Shown: piece by piece, positions 54,352 to 64,000 of the stretch | Position numbering within the stretch: the stretch's first letter is position 1 | Layout: each line of letters begins with the position of its first letter | IMG/VR virus record: IMGVR_UViG_3300037225_000466 | Coordinates: 12,845-76,844 of that record | Length of the DNA: 64,000 bases | From: a virus | Direction: 5' to 3' (one strand) | Made by a program: the position numbers and the translations under genes | Notes under the pieces: generated by a model | What the model saw: the letters and a program-made list of their open reading frames with translations, nothing else | Databases searched by the model: none | What the model was told of the DNA's origin: nothing

Positions 54352-55677
54352 TTACGCAATTGTATCCCCTACTAAATACCATACGTTAAGTGCAGTATGC
54401 AGAAGGCTTATCCCTGAATATTGAGCGGCGCAACTAAGTAAACCTCCTTTTGCATTTATTATGACTCCACCTGCGGCGGCTATCGTTAATTTCCCTGTGC
54501 CTATTTGTAAAACCGATATTTGTGCCCCAAGTGCTATCCCTTGATTCGCATTAGTATCTACCGTAAAGGTCGTTGGACTGGAAGAGCTCCCTGTAACGAG
54601 TGCCCCGTCATCGGTTGGAACGAAGGTATAGGTAGTACCAGATTGGGGATTTACTGTAAAATGAATCGAAGCCGCACCGCTATATCCAGAGAAGCCACTG
54701 AAACCCGAAGTACCCGCACTCCCGTTAGTGCCAGAATATCCACTCGCACCATTAATACCACTATATCCACTTGTCCCAATCCCACTAAATCCACTTATCC
54801 CTGAAAACCCAGAAATGCCACTAAATCCAGATATTCCACTGAAACCAGAAATGCCACTAAATCCAGATATTCCACTGAAACCAGAAATTCCACTAAATCC
54901 ACTCGCTCCGCCTGATCCTATACCGCCAGCAGTTCCAGAAAATCCACTCGTACCTGAAAATCCAGAAGCACCACTGAAACCTGAAAACCCGCTTGCTCCA
55001 CTGTCAACCCACTTTAACCCAGTGTCAGTGGTCACATCGGATGATAAGAATTGGTTAGGACCTGGTGCATTTAATATTATCGGGGTACTAGGTGACGAGA
55101 AACTTATTAGTTGTCCCTTCCCCGTTCCTATGCTGTTGTGTATCGCAGCAGGGTCAGTGTTTCCACCACTATATCCTGAAAATCCAGAAGCACCAACGCC
55201 TGAAAATCCTGAAAAACCTGAAAGTCCAATAGCTGAAAATTGTCCATCCTGTCCAGAAAATCCTGAAAGTCCCATTGGTCCCTGAAGTCCGATATCCCCT
55301 TGGTCTCCTTTTTCACCTTTCTCACCAGAGAATCCACTGTACCCACTAAATGAAGCGATACCATCAAGACCAGAGAACCCGCTCGCTCCCATTGGTCCCA
55401 TAAGTCCAACATCACCTTGCTCGCCTTGCGGACCCATCCTACCTCGGATTCCTTCAATACCCTGCTCCCCAGAAAATCCAGAGAACCCAGAATAACCGCT
55501 CGCAGTAGCCAAACCGTCCCTGCCCGAATAACCGCTTGTCCCCATTAAGGTAGGCATTGCGACTATTATCCCGCCAGAAACTCCTATCGGTCCACTGTAT
55601 TGAGACAAAGACTGAATCATCGCACCTTGCTCTTGGTCGATTACTTTGCCGAATCCTGGAAAATATCTTTTGCTCAT
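54352..55677 (-). CDS. Collagen-like / (Ser-Gly-X)n fibre protein
   Basis: GXY and SGX tracts; C-terminal NPQSGTTYT...IGAQI.VLQ.GTG...WYLVGD fibre-tip domain. Confidence 0.72.
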   Translation of the reverse strand: MSKRYFPGFGKVIDQEQGAMIQSLSQYSGPIGVSGGIIVAMPTLMGTSGYSGRDGLATASGYSGFSGFSGEQGIEGIRGRMGPQGEQGDVGLMGPMGASGFSGLDGIASFSGYSGFSGEKGEKGDQGDIGLQGPMGLSGFSGQDGQFSAIGLSGFSGFSGVGASGFSGYSGGNTDPAAIHNSIGTGKGQLISFSSPSTPIILNAPGPNQFLSSDVTTDTGLKWVDSGASGFSGFSGASGFSGTSGFSGTAGGIGSGGASGFSGISGFSGISGFSGISGFSGISGFSGISGFSGISGFSGIGTSGYSGINGASGYSGTNGSAGTSGFSGFSGYSGAASIHFTVNPQSGTTYTFVPTDDGALVTGSSSSPTTFTVDTNANQGIALGAQISVLQIGTGKLTIAAAGGVIINAKGGLLSCAAQYSGISLLHTALNVWYLVGDTIA

Positions 55678-56306
55678 CTTAAATAATTGTGTATTGGTCT
55701 CAAATTAATCAGTAAACTATTTATCTGTGTGTAAAGTTCCCCATACATTTCTATACTGTATTTTACAGGCTTTCCGATATCGTCATCTCCGTTTTCTGTC
55801 GTCGGCACACAAGTTAGTATATTATGTTGGGTACCCGAATAAGGAGTCTCATAATATTCATTATTATATGGCGGATTCGAACCATTATTATCATCTAAAT
55901 CCTCTGTGGGATTAAAGGCGAATATTTGTTCTGAGCCTGTATCTTGAATCCAATTTTGTGCTACCTCTTTGAAAGTTCTGAAAACTAAAGTTATTGGTCC
56001 TTTGCTGTAAATATTAAAAACAGTGTCCCGAATTCTCTTTATGAGAAGTTCGTCATCTGCTGTGAACAGTTTTGTTTTGTTTAACCATTTTATCGGGACG
56101 TATTTCGTTGGAAAGAAATCATAGATTGTCCTTTGTACCCAGTTGTATTTAATCTCATTCCCATCTAATGTAAACCCAAATAATAAATTTGACATCTCCT
56201 GTTCGTCAATTACTGCGTCCCTGTCTATATAAGAATAATTGATATTGTCGGACTTATTCTCGTAAGGCGTTTCAACATATATCCCGCAAAAACTTATATC
56301 ATTCAT
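55674..56306 (-). CDS. Tail protein, possibly the C-terminal domain of the nozzle
   Basis: Starts 1 nt after the nozzle stop; WLNKTKLF...IKRIR. Confidence 0.5.
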   Translation of the reverse strand: MNDISFCGIYVETPYENKSDNINYSYIDRDAVIDEQEMSNLLFGFTLDGNEIKYNWVQRTIYDFFPTKYVPIKWLNKTKLFTADDELLIKRIRDTVFNIYSKGPITLVFRTFKEVAQNWIQDTGSEQIFAFNPTEDLDDNNGSNPPYNNEYYETPYSGTQHNILTCVPTTENGDDDIGKPVKYSIEMYGELYTQINSLLINLRPIHNYLR

Positions 56307-56307
56307 A

Positions 56308-59300
56308 TTAACTCTCTGATAATTCTGGATTAATTGGATCGGGTAAATGATAGGTCACTGGCAAAACGTCAGCACTTCTCATCTCACCCAGTGAATTAGT
56401 ATAATAAAGCCTTACCATTTGCCTGCCCTCTGAAATTTCTGAAAGTTTCGTGTCTCCGTCATGCTTGGCGGGATTTTTCGGGTACTCGAATTTAGTCGCA
56501 TATTTTTTATTTAGACCTACTACATAAATATTCCCATTCATAACTCTTTGTTTGCCGTATTCCTCCTGTAAGTCAATTATTGCGGGAACATTCAGATAAA
56601 GTTCGTCGTAGTATTGGTTGTATCCGCAGGAAGCGTCTCTGATTGAATCAGAGTTTACATTTAAAACAAATTGAAGCTCCTCGTTAAATAATTGGTCGGC
56701 TGCTTCGAGAGAATTCCCGTCGAACTTCATTAAACCTTTCCAACTCAAAAAATAAAGTACATTGTCTATATTTATAAGAGTATTCGGTGCGATACAACCT
56801 ACGTTATCGCTAATTTTGTCCATTCTTTCGATTATCGGGCTGTCTTGTTTTATAAGCAATCTATAAAGCGAATGGCTCTTAAATACTAAAATATTCCCGT
56901 ACTGAATCTCCATTCCTGTAATTTCGTCGCCGTCCCCGCTTCCTACTTCCCAGATATTTTCAAGTCTTATTACATCAGGTTTCATCGGGTCAGAAGCACA
57001 AATCCCAGATTTATAGTCCGTGATTTTTGGTACTGGTTCTTCTAAGAGCTTACCCGAAGGAAGATAGTCGTCAACAAAAACTCCTTCGTTATATTGAGTT
57101 TGATTTGAGGGATTCAAGTCTTTGATTTCGCCGATATAGTAGTATTTATCATCATCATTCCTTGAACCGCATAACCTTATAGTGGCTTCATCTGGTGACA
57201 CGACTTCCGTTGTGACTTGGTCGCTGTATCCATCAGAAGTAAAAATATTACCGTTTGTAGAATTTTCCCCGTATGGGCTCCCGTTATAAATAACACTTCC
57301 TTTTGTCACCCTGTATTTTAATATTTCTTGCGGTATAGTCGCAGGGGTGTCTGATTTAACGCTTATATCTATTCCTGCATAACTATTGATATTTCTGTAA
57401 ACCTGTATTCTCTCAACGTAATCCGTGTAAGACGACGGCATTAAATAAAGAATTGAAACTAAAGGTAATCCCATATCTTTGTAAGAGGAGCCGTTAGCTA
57501 CGGAGGCGTGCCCAGATGTGTTTGACGGTATTATTGAAGGCGTAAAATTTCTCGCTACTTCTGAGAGCACGCCATTCACATCTTCATATATATATTTATA
57601 TAGAATATTGATATATTCGTCATCCCAATTGTAACCCTTATCGTTATTGGAATCGAGTACAATGCAACTCGTCGAAGGCACTATCCCTACTGGGTTATCC
57701 CCTGTAAAACCGTAATTTTCTTTAGGCTGGAGAGGCTGCCATGTCTGCAAAAGATTAGCGTAAAATATTATCTCATAGAGGCTAAGATTAAATCTTGACT
57801 TCAACGCTACTCTTAAAGCATCGGTCTCATTTGAATTGTACCCGAAGTCCAAGGCGTTGTCTTTTATCTGGTCGAAGTAATAAAAGCCTTTATGATAATG
57901 TCCCCAATCAGTAGGGTTGTCTTTATCGCAATAGAAAGCCTCTCCACCATAGAATTTATTCGGGTCTCCATCTGGTAACCCTGCTTGCTGTAAAAATTCA
58001 GGGTCGTCTTTTCCAATGTTATATCTTCTTATATCCACACTCGCTACTAAACCATATTCGTGCGGGTCGAAGTCATTTGCATGGGAACACTTCGTTCTGT
58101 AAATCAAAAGTTTCTTTGCCCTGCGAGGTACATCTGTGTCGCCTATCTGAATACCGAGTCTCGGTGCTCCGAACAATAAAGAACTTGGGAAGTAAGCGGT
58201 GATTTGCTCGGTTCCTGTGAAACGCTGGGCGTCGGTGGAGAAAACCGTAATATCAACATTGTCGACAGCGTCATATTTTTTAATCGCTATCATCCTCGCA
58301 GTGTCATCTCCCTGCACTGCATAATTAGAATAGACCGCAATACCTTCCCTTAGGTTTCTATGGAGTGAGCTATAATGAGTAATATCATTTATTCTCCCGT
58401 CTCCCCTATCCAGCCTCTCAACATACTCGTAAGAAGCACCTACCGACTGAATGGAAGAGCTGTCAAAGTCTATTTTACTACCATTTTGCACAATAGGTAT
58501 TTCGCAACAACCGTTTAATATCAATCTATTTATGACTTCTTGCGGGATATCGCTACTCACCACACTATTTAATTTATCGCTTTCATTTTTTATACCCCTT
58601 ATTATCTCAAATGGTCTGATTTTATTTAACTGCACCCCTGTAAAAGTCCCGACATAATCGTCTGTATCGACATTGTTATTCGTGTCCTCTGGTATGCTTA
58701 TTATATTTATATAAATATCCGAAGAATCCCCACTATAATTTGCCGTCAAAACATTATAGTACTGCAACCCTTCAATTATCGAGTCGTCGTTATTTAAATA
58801 ATTATTCACCTTATTCCCGCCTACGATTTGAGGAAAGTATGGATACCATACATTTGGAGTAGTGTTGTCATTGAAATTATCAGCTAATGCAATATTATAA
58901 ATCTGCGACCCTACTCCAATGTGATGCTTTTCAAATACCAATCTAATGTTTTTGCAATTATAATTGATAGTCATATAATTAGAGGTTAATTGCGATATGA
59001 CCTCTCTTGAATATCCATGTCCGTAATAGTCCCTATATAGCAGCCTTAGTCTCCCCTCGTCGTCAAACAAAGAATTTTGCGTAATATCTTTTATCGACTG
59101 GAATATTGGGACTACTATTTTTCCGAATCCATATATTATATGTTTATCTATTGTTCTATAGATGCTGTCACTTGACAAATCTGCTATCCAACTATCCTTC
59201 CACTTCTTATCCCCACTCACTCCATCATTATAGGCAACTCCAGCCCCTTCCCAAACAAATCCTTTTAATTCAAGATTTGTACTTGAAAAAAACATTGTTG

Positions 59301-61923
59301 CTTGAACCATAATATCAGATTTTTCAAGTAGAGAAGTTGTTATTAAATCGTAGTCATCTATTACGTGGAGTTTCCCGCCAAACCTGTGATTGTTGTTCTC
59401 ATATAGTTTTAATTTGAGCTCGGCGAAGTGCCTCCCAAAATTCGTCAGAATGTAATTATCTTCCCAACAATGCCATCCATGTCCGCCCCCTGGATTTGTC
59501 CCACCCGTCCAAGAATCTACCGTAAATGTGTCGGCTGTGTTTGATAAAACATTAGCCTCTTGCCCTTCGCAAACCAATATAGTTCCAATATAGTCATTCA
59601 CAGTCATTGAAAGCCTTGTATCGGTTAATGAGTTGTTTGTTGTGAAAACCGCTCCATTTGCAGTCCCGCTTAAAACCTCTACGGAAACTGCTTCTTTGCT
59701 GTAATAAGAAGGTAAAAGAAGTTTCGGAGGGACCCAAATGTTTAACCCGTTATTTACATAAGGAGAAATCGGCTCAAATACCTGGCTTTCCAAATCTGTA
59801 AGTTCATTATACTTCGGTCTGTGGTAAGTCGTGCTTTCACTCCCGCTTGTGCAGAGCTCATCGTCTTTTGTCATTGACCATAGTTGGTCTGGGGCTGCAA
59901 TATCAGCACTCGGTGCGGAATAATCTCCTTCGCCAAAATCCCAAACAAAACGGTATTTCCAAACCCCAAGAGGGACTTCGTTCCCACGATTCGTTTTAAC
60001 TACAAGTTTTGTAACCCTTGGTGCATTAGGAGTGAGTTTGGTAAAAAATCTGTCAAGTTCAGTCAAATAATAATTTGTTTCGGAATAATTTTTTCCAGAG
60101 CAAAGAAAATATTGTTGTTTAAAATCATCCCAAATATAAATATCTGGGGCTATATCACTTTCTAATTTGCCATCCGTGTTTGTATACTTTTCTTTTTTAA
60201 ACTCTAATTTTCCAAGAACGTCGTCATATTCGGTAGCCTCTTCTGCGTTAGAAAAGATATAATCATAATCGGTCTTTACATAACAATAGGCACTGCAAGG
60301 ATAATATGGCGGTACATTTATTGTCATATTAGAATCAAATTGCGAAGCGTAATCATAAGAATATGCAGGAACATAAGAAATTAAGTTGTTTATCTGGAAT
60401 GACTCTCTTGGGAAAAACTGCATAAAAGAAAATAAAGTATCAAAATTATCATTACTGATTTTATTTTTTATTTTATTCCTCAGTGCGTCTATCTCTTGAG
60501 GAGTTTCGTCCGTTGGGTAATTCGCCGAATCTCCCAATGCCCCTTTATAATTATCGTCACTTACTTTGCAAACCTTCTTCGGCAGAGCATACTGGTACAA
60601 TCCCATCCCACTTTCCACGCCTGTCGTTGCGTCGTTTTCCTGTCCTGTTACCGTTCTGTTCGTAACTTTAACCGTATTTATATCAAAAGTCTGGATTGTA
60701 TTCGGTCTCAAATGGAATTGGTCAGCTCGGTCTTCGTACACATTTAAAGTATCGACCTCTTTCTCGTTCTCTAAAACCATATCTCCGTTGATTCTGTCTG
60801 AAATTATCAATCTGTCCCTGTATTGCTTCATTTGGATATATTGATAATTCCAGTAGTCTTCGGTCACTGTTTTAGTGTAAGTCCCCGAAAGCACTTCATC
60901 ATCTATTCCACCTAAGAAAGTCTCACCTTTTGTATAGGTTTCCTGCTGACTGGGATTTACTTCTATAATAGACCAGTACATTTTGACTTCCCCAGTTCCT
61001 GCGGTGCTAAAGGTTATCGGTGAACCAAATCCGTTGTCGACCTCAACGCTTGTGCCAACTATTGAATTGACTATATAAGTATCGACATCATTAATTTCAG
61101 GAGGCAGAGTCCCCGAAGAATAAAAAGTAATGTTCATCCCCTGGGTTATCCCAACAAAATCCTGCACTGCGACCAAAGGAGAACCGCCAGTAAAAGTTAT
61201 GACTGAATTTAAAGCCGTTATGTGGTGAGCATTTCTTTGTATTACAAGCGTATCGCTGGTTACAATATAAGACTCGTCATGATGTAAAGCAGGTGCTTTG
61301 ACTGCATAGGTCGGTAAAACACTTTTATCAATATCAACGTAACCTGGTAAATTTCTGTTAGGGGCATAAAGTTGATTTAAAATCTCATTTTTGCCTTTTG
61401 GTTCTGCATCTACTCCATCAAAAACATTCATAGTATCCGATACTGGAGTATGTTTTGATGTCTGGCTGTAATATAGAACCTGATTTTTATACTTCCCCGA
61501 CAATGGACTAAATAGAAATGCAAGATAATTATTTTGAGTATCTTCTAAACTCGTTGGAGTCGGTCTCACATCTTCGGTATATAGTTCGGCGGGTTCCCCG
61601 ATTTCCAGACCTCTTAAAGCATAAACCATAAATCTGTCCGTATCGAATGCTTCCCACCTATGAGATAAAGAGATTTCCCCAATCCCAACAATCCCACAGT
61701 TAAATATATAGGTATCTACTGTTTTCTTTATGTTATCAGAAGTCGTTGCCTGCGGTGCCCTTTTCAATAATCCATATAAATAACCATTCCTTGTTCCGAG
61801 TTTTCCGATTTTATCCAATCTCAAATTGACAATATCCCTCGAATAACCGTCGGGAATCAACTCTGCCGCCATTGCATTGTTGAGTCCCTCGAATTTGATT
61901 ATATTTATTTTACCGTATCCCAT
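56308..61923 (-). CDS. Large tail nozzle / tubular protein B-like (P22 gp10/T7 gp12-type) with insertions
   Basis: FEGLN...NLRLDKIGKLGTRNG start; DGDEITGM...ILVFK...VGCIAPNTL...LYFLS..G beta-propeller motifs. Confidence 0.7.
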   Translation of the reverse strand: MGYGKINIIKFEGLNNAMAAELIPDGYSRDIVNLRLDKIGKLGTRNGYLYGLLKRAPQATTSDNIKKTVDTYIFNCGIVGIGEISLSHRWEAFDTDRFMVYALRGLEIGEPAELYTEDVRPTPTSLEDTQNNYLAFLFSPLSGKYKNQVLYYSQTSKHTPVSDTMNVFDGVDAEPKGKNEILNQLYAPNRNLPGYVDIDKSVLPTYAVKAPALHHDESYIVTSDTLVIQRNAHHITALNSVITFTGGSPLVAVQDFVGITQGMNITFYSSGTLPPEINDVDTYIVNSIVGTSVEVDNGFGSPITFSTAGTGEVKMYWSIIEVNPSQQETYTKGETFLGGIDDEVLSGTYTKTVTEDYWNYQYIQMKQYRDRLIISDRINGDMVLENEKEVDTLNVYEDRADQFHLRPNTIQTFDINTVKVTNRTVTGQENDATTGVESGMGLYQYALPKKVCKVSDDNYKGALGDSANYPTDETPQEIDALRNKIKNKISNDNFDTLFSFMQFFPRESFQINNLISYVPAYSYDYASQFDSNMTINVPPYYPCSAYCYVKTDYDYIFSNAEEATEYDDVLGKLEFKKEKYTNTDGKLESDIAPDIYIWDDFKQQYFLCSGKNYSETNYYLTELDRFFTKLTPNAPRVTKLVVKTNRGNEVPLGVWKYRFVWDFGEGDYSAPSADIAAPDQLWSMTKDDELCTSGSESTTYHRPKYNELTDLESQVFEPISPYVNNGLNIWVPPKLLLPSYYSKEAVSVEVLSGTANGAVFTTNNSLTDTRLSMTVNDYIGTILVCEGQEANVLSNTADTFTVDSWTGGTNPGGGHGWHCWEDNYILTNFGRHFAELKLKLYENNNHRFGGKLHVIDDYDLITTSLLEKSDIMVQATMFFSSTNLELKGFVWEGAGVAYNDGVSGDKKWKDSWIADLSSDSIYRTIDKHIIYGFGKIVVPIFQSIKDITQNSLFDDEGRLRLLYRDYYGHGYSREVISQLTSNYMTINYNCKNIRLVFEKHHIGVGSQIYNIALADNFNDNTTPNVWYPYFPQIVGGNKVNNYLNNDDSIIEGLQYYNVLTANYSGDSSDIYINIISIPEDTNNNVDTDDYVGTFTGVQLNKIRPFEIIRGIKNESDKLNSVVSSDIPQEVINRLILNGCCEIPIVQNGSKIDFDSSSIQSVGASYEYVERLDRGDGRINDITHYSSLHRNLREGIAVYSNYAVQGDDTARMIAIKKYDAVDNVDITVFSTDAQRFTGTEQITAYFPSSLLFGAPRLGIQIGDTDVPRRAKKLLIYRTKCSHANDFDPHEYGLVASVDIRRYNIGKDDPEFLQQAGLPDGDPNKFYGGEAFYCDKDNPTDWGHYHKGFYYFDQIKDNALDFGYNSNETDALRVALKSRFNLSLYEIIFYANLLQTWQPLQPKENYGFTGDNPVGIVPSTSCIVLDSNNDKGYNWDDEYINILYKYIYEDVNGVLSEVARNFTPSIIPSNTSGHASVANGSSYKDMGLPLVSILYLMPSSYTDYVERIQVYRNINSYAGIDISVKSDTPATIPQEILKYRVTKGSVIYNGSPYGENSTNGNIFTSDGYSDQVTTEVVSPDEATIRLCGSRNDDDKYYYIGEIKDLNPSNQTQYNEGVFVDDYLPSGKLLEEPVPKITDYKSGICASDPMKPDVIRLENIWEVGSGDGDEITGMEIQYGNILVFKSHSLYRLLIKQDSPIIERMDKISDNVGCIAPNTLINIDNVLYFLSWKGLMKFDGNSLEAADQLFNEELQFVLNVNSDSIRDASCGYNQYYDELYLNVPAIIDLQEEYGKQRVMNGNIYVVGLNKKYATKFEYPKNPAKHDGDTKLSEISEGRQMVRLYYTNSLGEMRSADVLPVTYHLPDPINPELSES

Positions 61924-62495
61924 TATTTATATTGCCCCATGTAATTTTTGACTTTCTTTAAGTACGCCTGCGTCTGTCCAAAAGGCGGTACACCGCCGTA
62001 TTTGTGGACGTTGCCAGGTCCCGCATTGTAGGCGGCTATCGCATAATCCGTATTCCCGTTAAATTTATCGAGCAAATACTTCAAATATTTAGTGCCTGTC
62101 ATAATATTGTCTTCGGGGTCATAGGGATTCTTTCCCCCCATCCACTTAAAAGTAGAGTCAATTAACTGCATCGTCCCCTTAGCCCCAGAGCTCCGATTCA
62201 TCGCTCTCGGATTTCCCCCTGACTCACTATGAATAACACCTTTTATTAGGCTTGCGGGTACTCCGTAAGTGCTCGAAGCATTATCCACAATATCGTTAAA
62301 CTGGTCATATCTTGGTAATTGAGGTTGTTGAATCATTGAACTTACAGGAGCCGCAGGAAGAATATTTTGCGGTTCCTTCAAAGGCACTTTCCATGTGGGC
62401 TGCACAAGTGCAGATGCAACCGATGCCACATCTGTCTGCGGGAACAGAGCTTGCAACTGTTTACTCAATGGGGTCGATATGTCAAATTTTGCCAT
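61923..62495 (-). CDS. Lytic transglycosylase (SLT), probably virion-associated
   Basis: VIHSESGGNP; GAKGTMQL; AIAAYNAGPGNV. Confidence 0.93.
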   Translation of the reverse strand: MAKFDISTPLSKQLQALFPQTDVASVASALVQPTWKVPLKEPQNILPAAPVSSMIQQPQLPRYDQFNDIVDNASSTYGVPASLIKGVIHSESGGNPRAMNRSSGAKGTMQLIDSTFKWMGGKNPYDPEDNIMTGTKYLKYLLDKFNGNTDYAIAAYNAGPGNVHKYGGVPPFGQTQAYLKKVKNYMGQYK

Positions 62496-62497
62496 TT

Positions 62498-63274
62498 TTA
62501 ATGATTAACTGGTGATAAAAAATAACTTCTTGTCATACCTTTATTGTAAGTGGGCTTGTTAATTTTTGCCCTCTCAACATCTTTTAAGTACCAATCCTCA
62601 AAAACCTTGTAATTTGCACTACCTTTACTTCTTATGTAGTCTGCAATAGCATAATTTAAAAATGTGTTCTCATAAGGAGCAAGCCTTTGCGTCAGCGACG
62701 CTGTCTGAAACTCTGTGTCAAAAGCAACCTCAGTTAAAAAGAAATCTGCCCACTGTGAACTATTTTTGGAAAACGCCTGTATATCTGGAACATACCATAA
62801 AGAAAGCGTCAAATCATCTAAGTCTGGATAAATAGTTATTACATTTTGCCAGATTGTCGCTATTCTCGCAGTTTTAGTCACGTTAGTTCTTATTCCGTCG
62901 GCAGTCGAAAAGGTTAATTCTATCGGTTGCCTGTCAAGCCTTTGACTATAAGCCGCAGGTGCTTCCTGATGACCTAAAGGATAAAGTTCGACATCCCTCT
63001 GGAATTGAGTGTGTCCTTGGAGTAAAATAGTTTTATCGCTACTATCTTTCAGTGCTACCATCCTCAGCATATCGTCAGGAGCGTAAAATACGTCGTCTAC
63101 TATATCTCTGTTCAAAGTGCTGAATCCGTCCACAAGTTCGACTTCTCTTTGAAAGTTTTGCATACCTCTTGTATAAGAACGCATGAAAGCCCTCTCGGTT
63201 ATGTCGAGCTTCTCAGTATAGGAAATCACGCTCTCCCTGAAATCGCTAAATAATTCTGCAAAAGTTGAAGCCAT
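62498..63274 (-). CDS. Head-tail adaptor / tail tubular protein A-like
   Basis: Helical N- and C-termini around a beta core (ITIYPD...LWY); upstream of the nozzle. Confidence 0.55.
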   Translation of the reverse strand: MASTFAELFSDFRESVISYTEKLDITERAFMRSYTRGMQNFQREVELVDGFSTLNRDIVDDVFYAPDDMLRMVALKDSSDKTILLQGHTQFQRDVELYPLGHQEAPAAYSQRLDRQPIELTFSTADGIRTNVTKTARIATIWQNVITIYPDLDDLTLSLWYVPDIQAFSKNSSQWADFFLTEVAFDTEFQTASLTQRLAPYENTFLNYAIADYIRSKGSANYKVFEDWYLKDVERAKINKPTYNKGMTRSYFLSPVNH

Positions 63275-63462
63275 TATTTATCCTTTTTATAATTTTGACC
63301 TTTTTTAGTCAATTTATTCGTGCCCTTTTTAAGGTACCCGTTTCTCTGTAAAGCTGCAGAAGCGATAGCCCACGCACTCGACTCGGCGGCTTTCGGGCTC
63401 TTGCCTTTCTTCATTTGCTCCTGCATTATCTGGTCGCTTAAACTATGTAACATTTGCGGCAT
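63274..63462 (-). CDS. Small basic protein
   Basis: Lys-rich; SAWAIA helix. Confidence 0.6.
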   Translation of the reverse strand: MPQMLHSLSDQIMQEQMKKGKSPKAAESSAWAIASAALQRNGYLKKGTNKLTKKGQNYKKDK

Positions 63463-63869
63463 TATTTACCTCTTATATTTAATAAAGAACTCCAATCCAT
63501 AGAGGGGAAATATGAGGAATTGAAATATACGTTCCTATTCGCAGGAACCCCCCCATTCCAAATTACATCATCTTCTGGCTGATAATATTTTTTTTGAGCT
63601 TCATGCAATTTTAAAGCATAACTATTGGCTTCTTCTGGCGAATCAAATTTCCCCAAATATTTATTTTTTGTATGATAATAGTCTATGGCTTCTTGTCTAT
63701 TCATTACTTTACCTTCTTCACTTATCGTAGGTATCAAGATATGTTTACCACCCTCCTTAAAAGTCATCGACCGTAAAGTGCTATAAGAGTTATCTGGATT
63801 TATAACAATGGGTCTATTAGATAAATCCATATTCCCAGAATAGTTCAATAAATCGCTCGCCCCAGCCAT
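63462..63869 (-). CDS. Conserved phage virion-region protein
   Basis: NRPIVINPD..STLRS...LIPT...LGKFDSPEEA..YA..LH. Confidence 0.65.
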   Translation of the reverse strand: MAGASDLLNYSGNMDLSNRPIVINPDNSYSTLRSMTFKEGGKHILIPTISEEGKVMNRQEAIDYYHTKNKYLGKFDSPEEANSYALKLHEAQKKYYQPEDDVIWNGGVPANRNVYFNSSYFPSMDWSSLLNIRGK

Positions 63870-64000
63870 TATAACTCCTTGCTCGGAAGTAACTGAGACT
63901 CCTGAGCCAATTTAGTTTGATAACGATTATTAATTGTCTTGTTCATGTAAATTATTTCCTGATTGACTACTTCTTTTGCGACTTCGGCGTTGATATTTTC
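63869..64000 (-). CDS. C-terminal end of a structural-region protein (partial)
   Basis: Open frame from the window end to TAA overlapping the next ATG. Confidence 0.55.
   Translation of the reverse strand, partial: ENINAEVAKEVVNQEIIYMNKTINNRYQTKLAQESQLLPSKEL

Noticed and set aside
51881-55285. PENP/PLNP-repeat ORFs on the + strand
   Set aside because: Antisense readings of the Ser-Gly-X codons.

Overview
A 64-kb segment of a large tailed dsDNA phage, probably podovirus-like: it has adaptor and nozzle genes plus ejection-type proteins and no tape measure. Capsid, portal, terminase and DNA polymerase are not in this window. Layout: (i) 1-12.7 kb, minus strand: replication genes (O-like initiator, primase-helicase) and a glycosyltransferase/methyltransferase cluster. 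(ii) 12.7-13.75 kb: an AT-rich divergent control region with repeats and a sigma54-type promoter. (iii) 13.75-33.6 kb, plus strand: early/middle genes including many small ORFs, tRNA-His, ArdA-like, YopX, nucleases, NinG and a DNA MTase. (iv) 33.6-64 kb, minus strand: late genes including ejection proteins, three (Ser-Gly-X)n fibre proteins, a lysis cassette, nozzle and SLT. TAnnTTTG promoter elements point to an FCB-group host (Bacteroidota/Ignavibacteria-like). Main candidates for new biology: (1) anticodon-less mini-tRNAs (acceptor stem, GG linker, T-arm) punctuating the early operon, most followed by a covarying GC-ATTAA-GC hairpin; (2) three sequence-unrelated leaders sharing one promoter/uORF/antisense-loop architecture; (3) a sigma54 promoter with enhancer-like boxes ahead of the early genes; (4) a glycosylation/methylation cluster that may decorate the Ser-Gly-X fibres. 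All family names come from motif recognition by eye, not from database searches.
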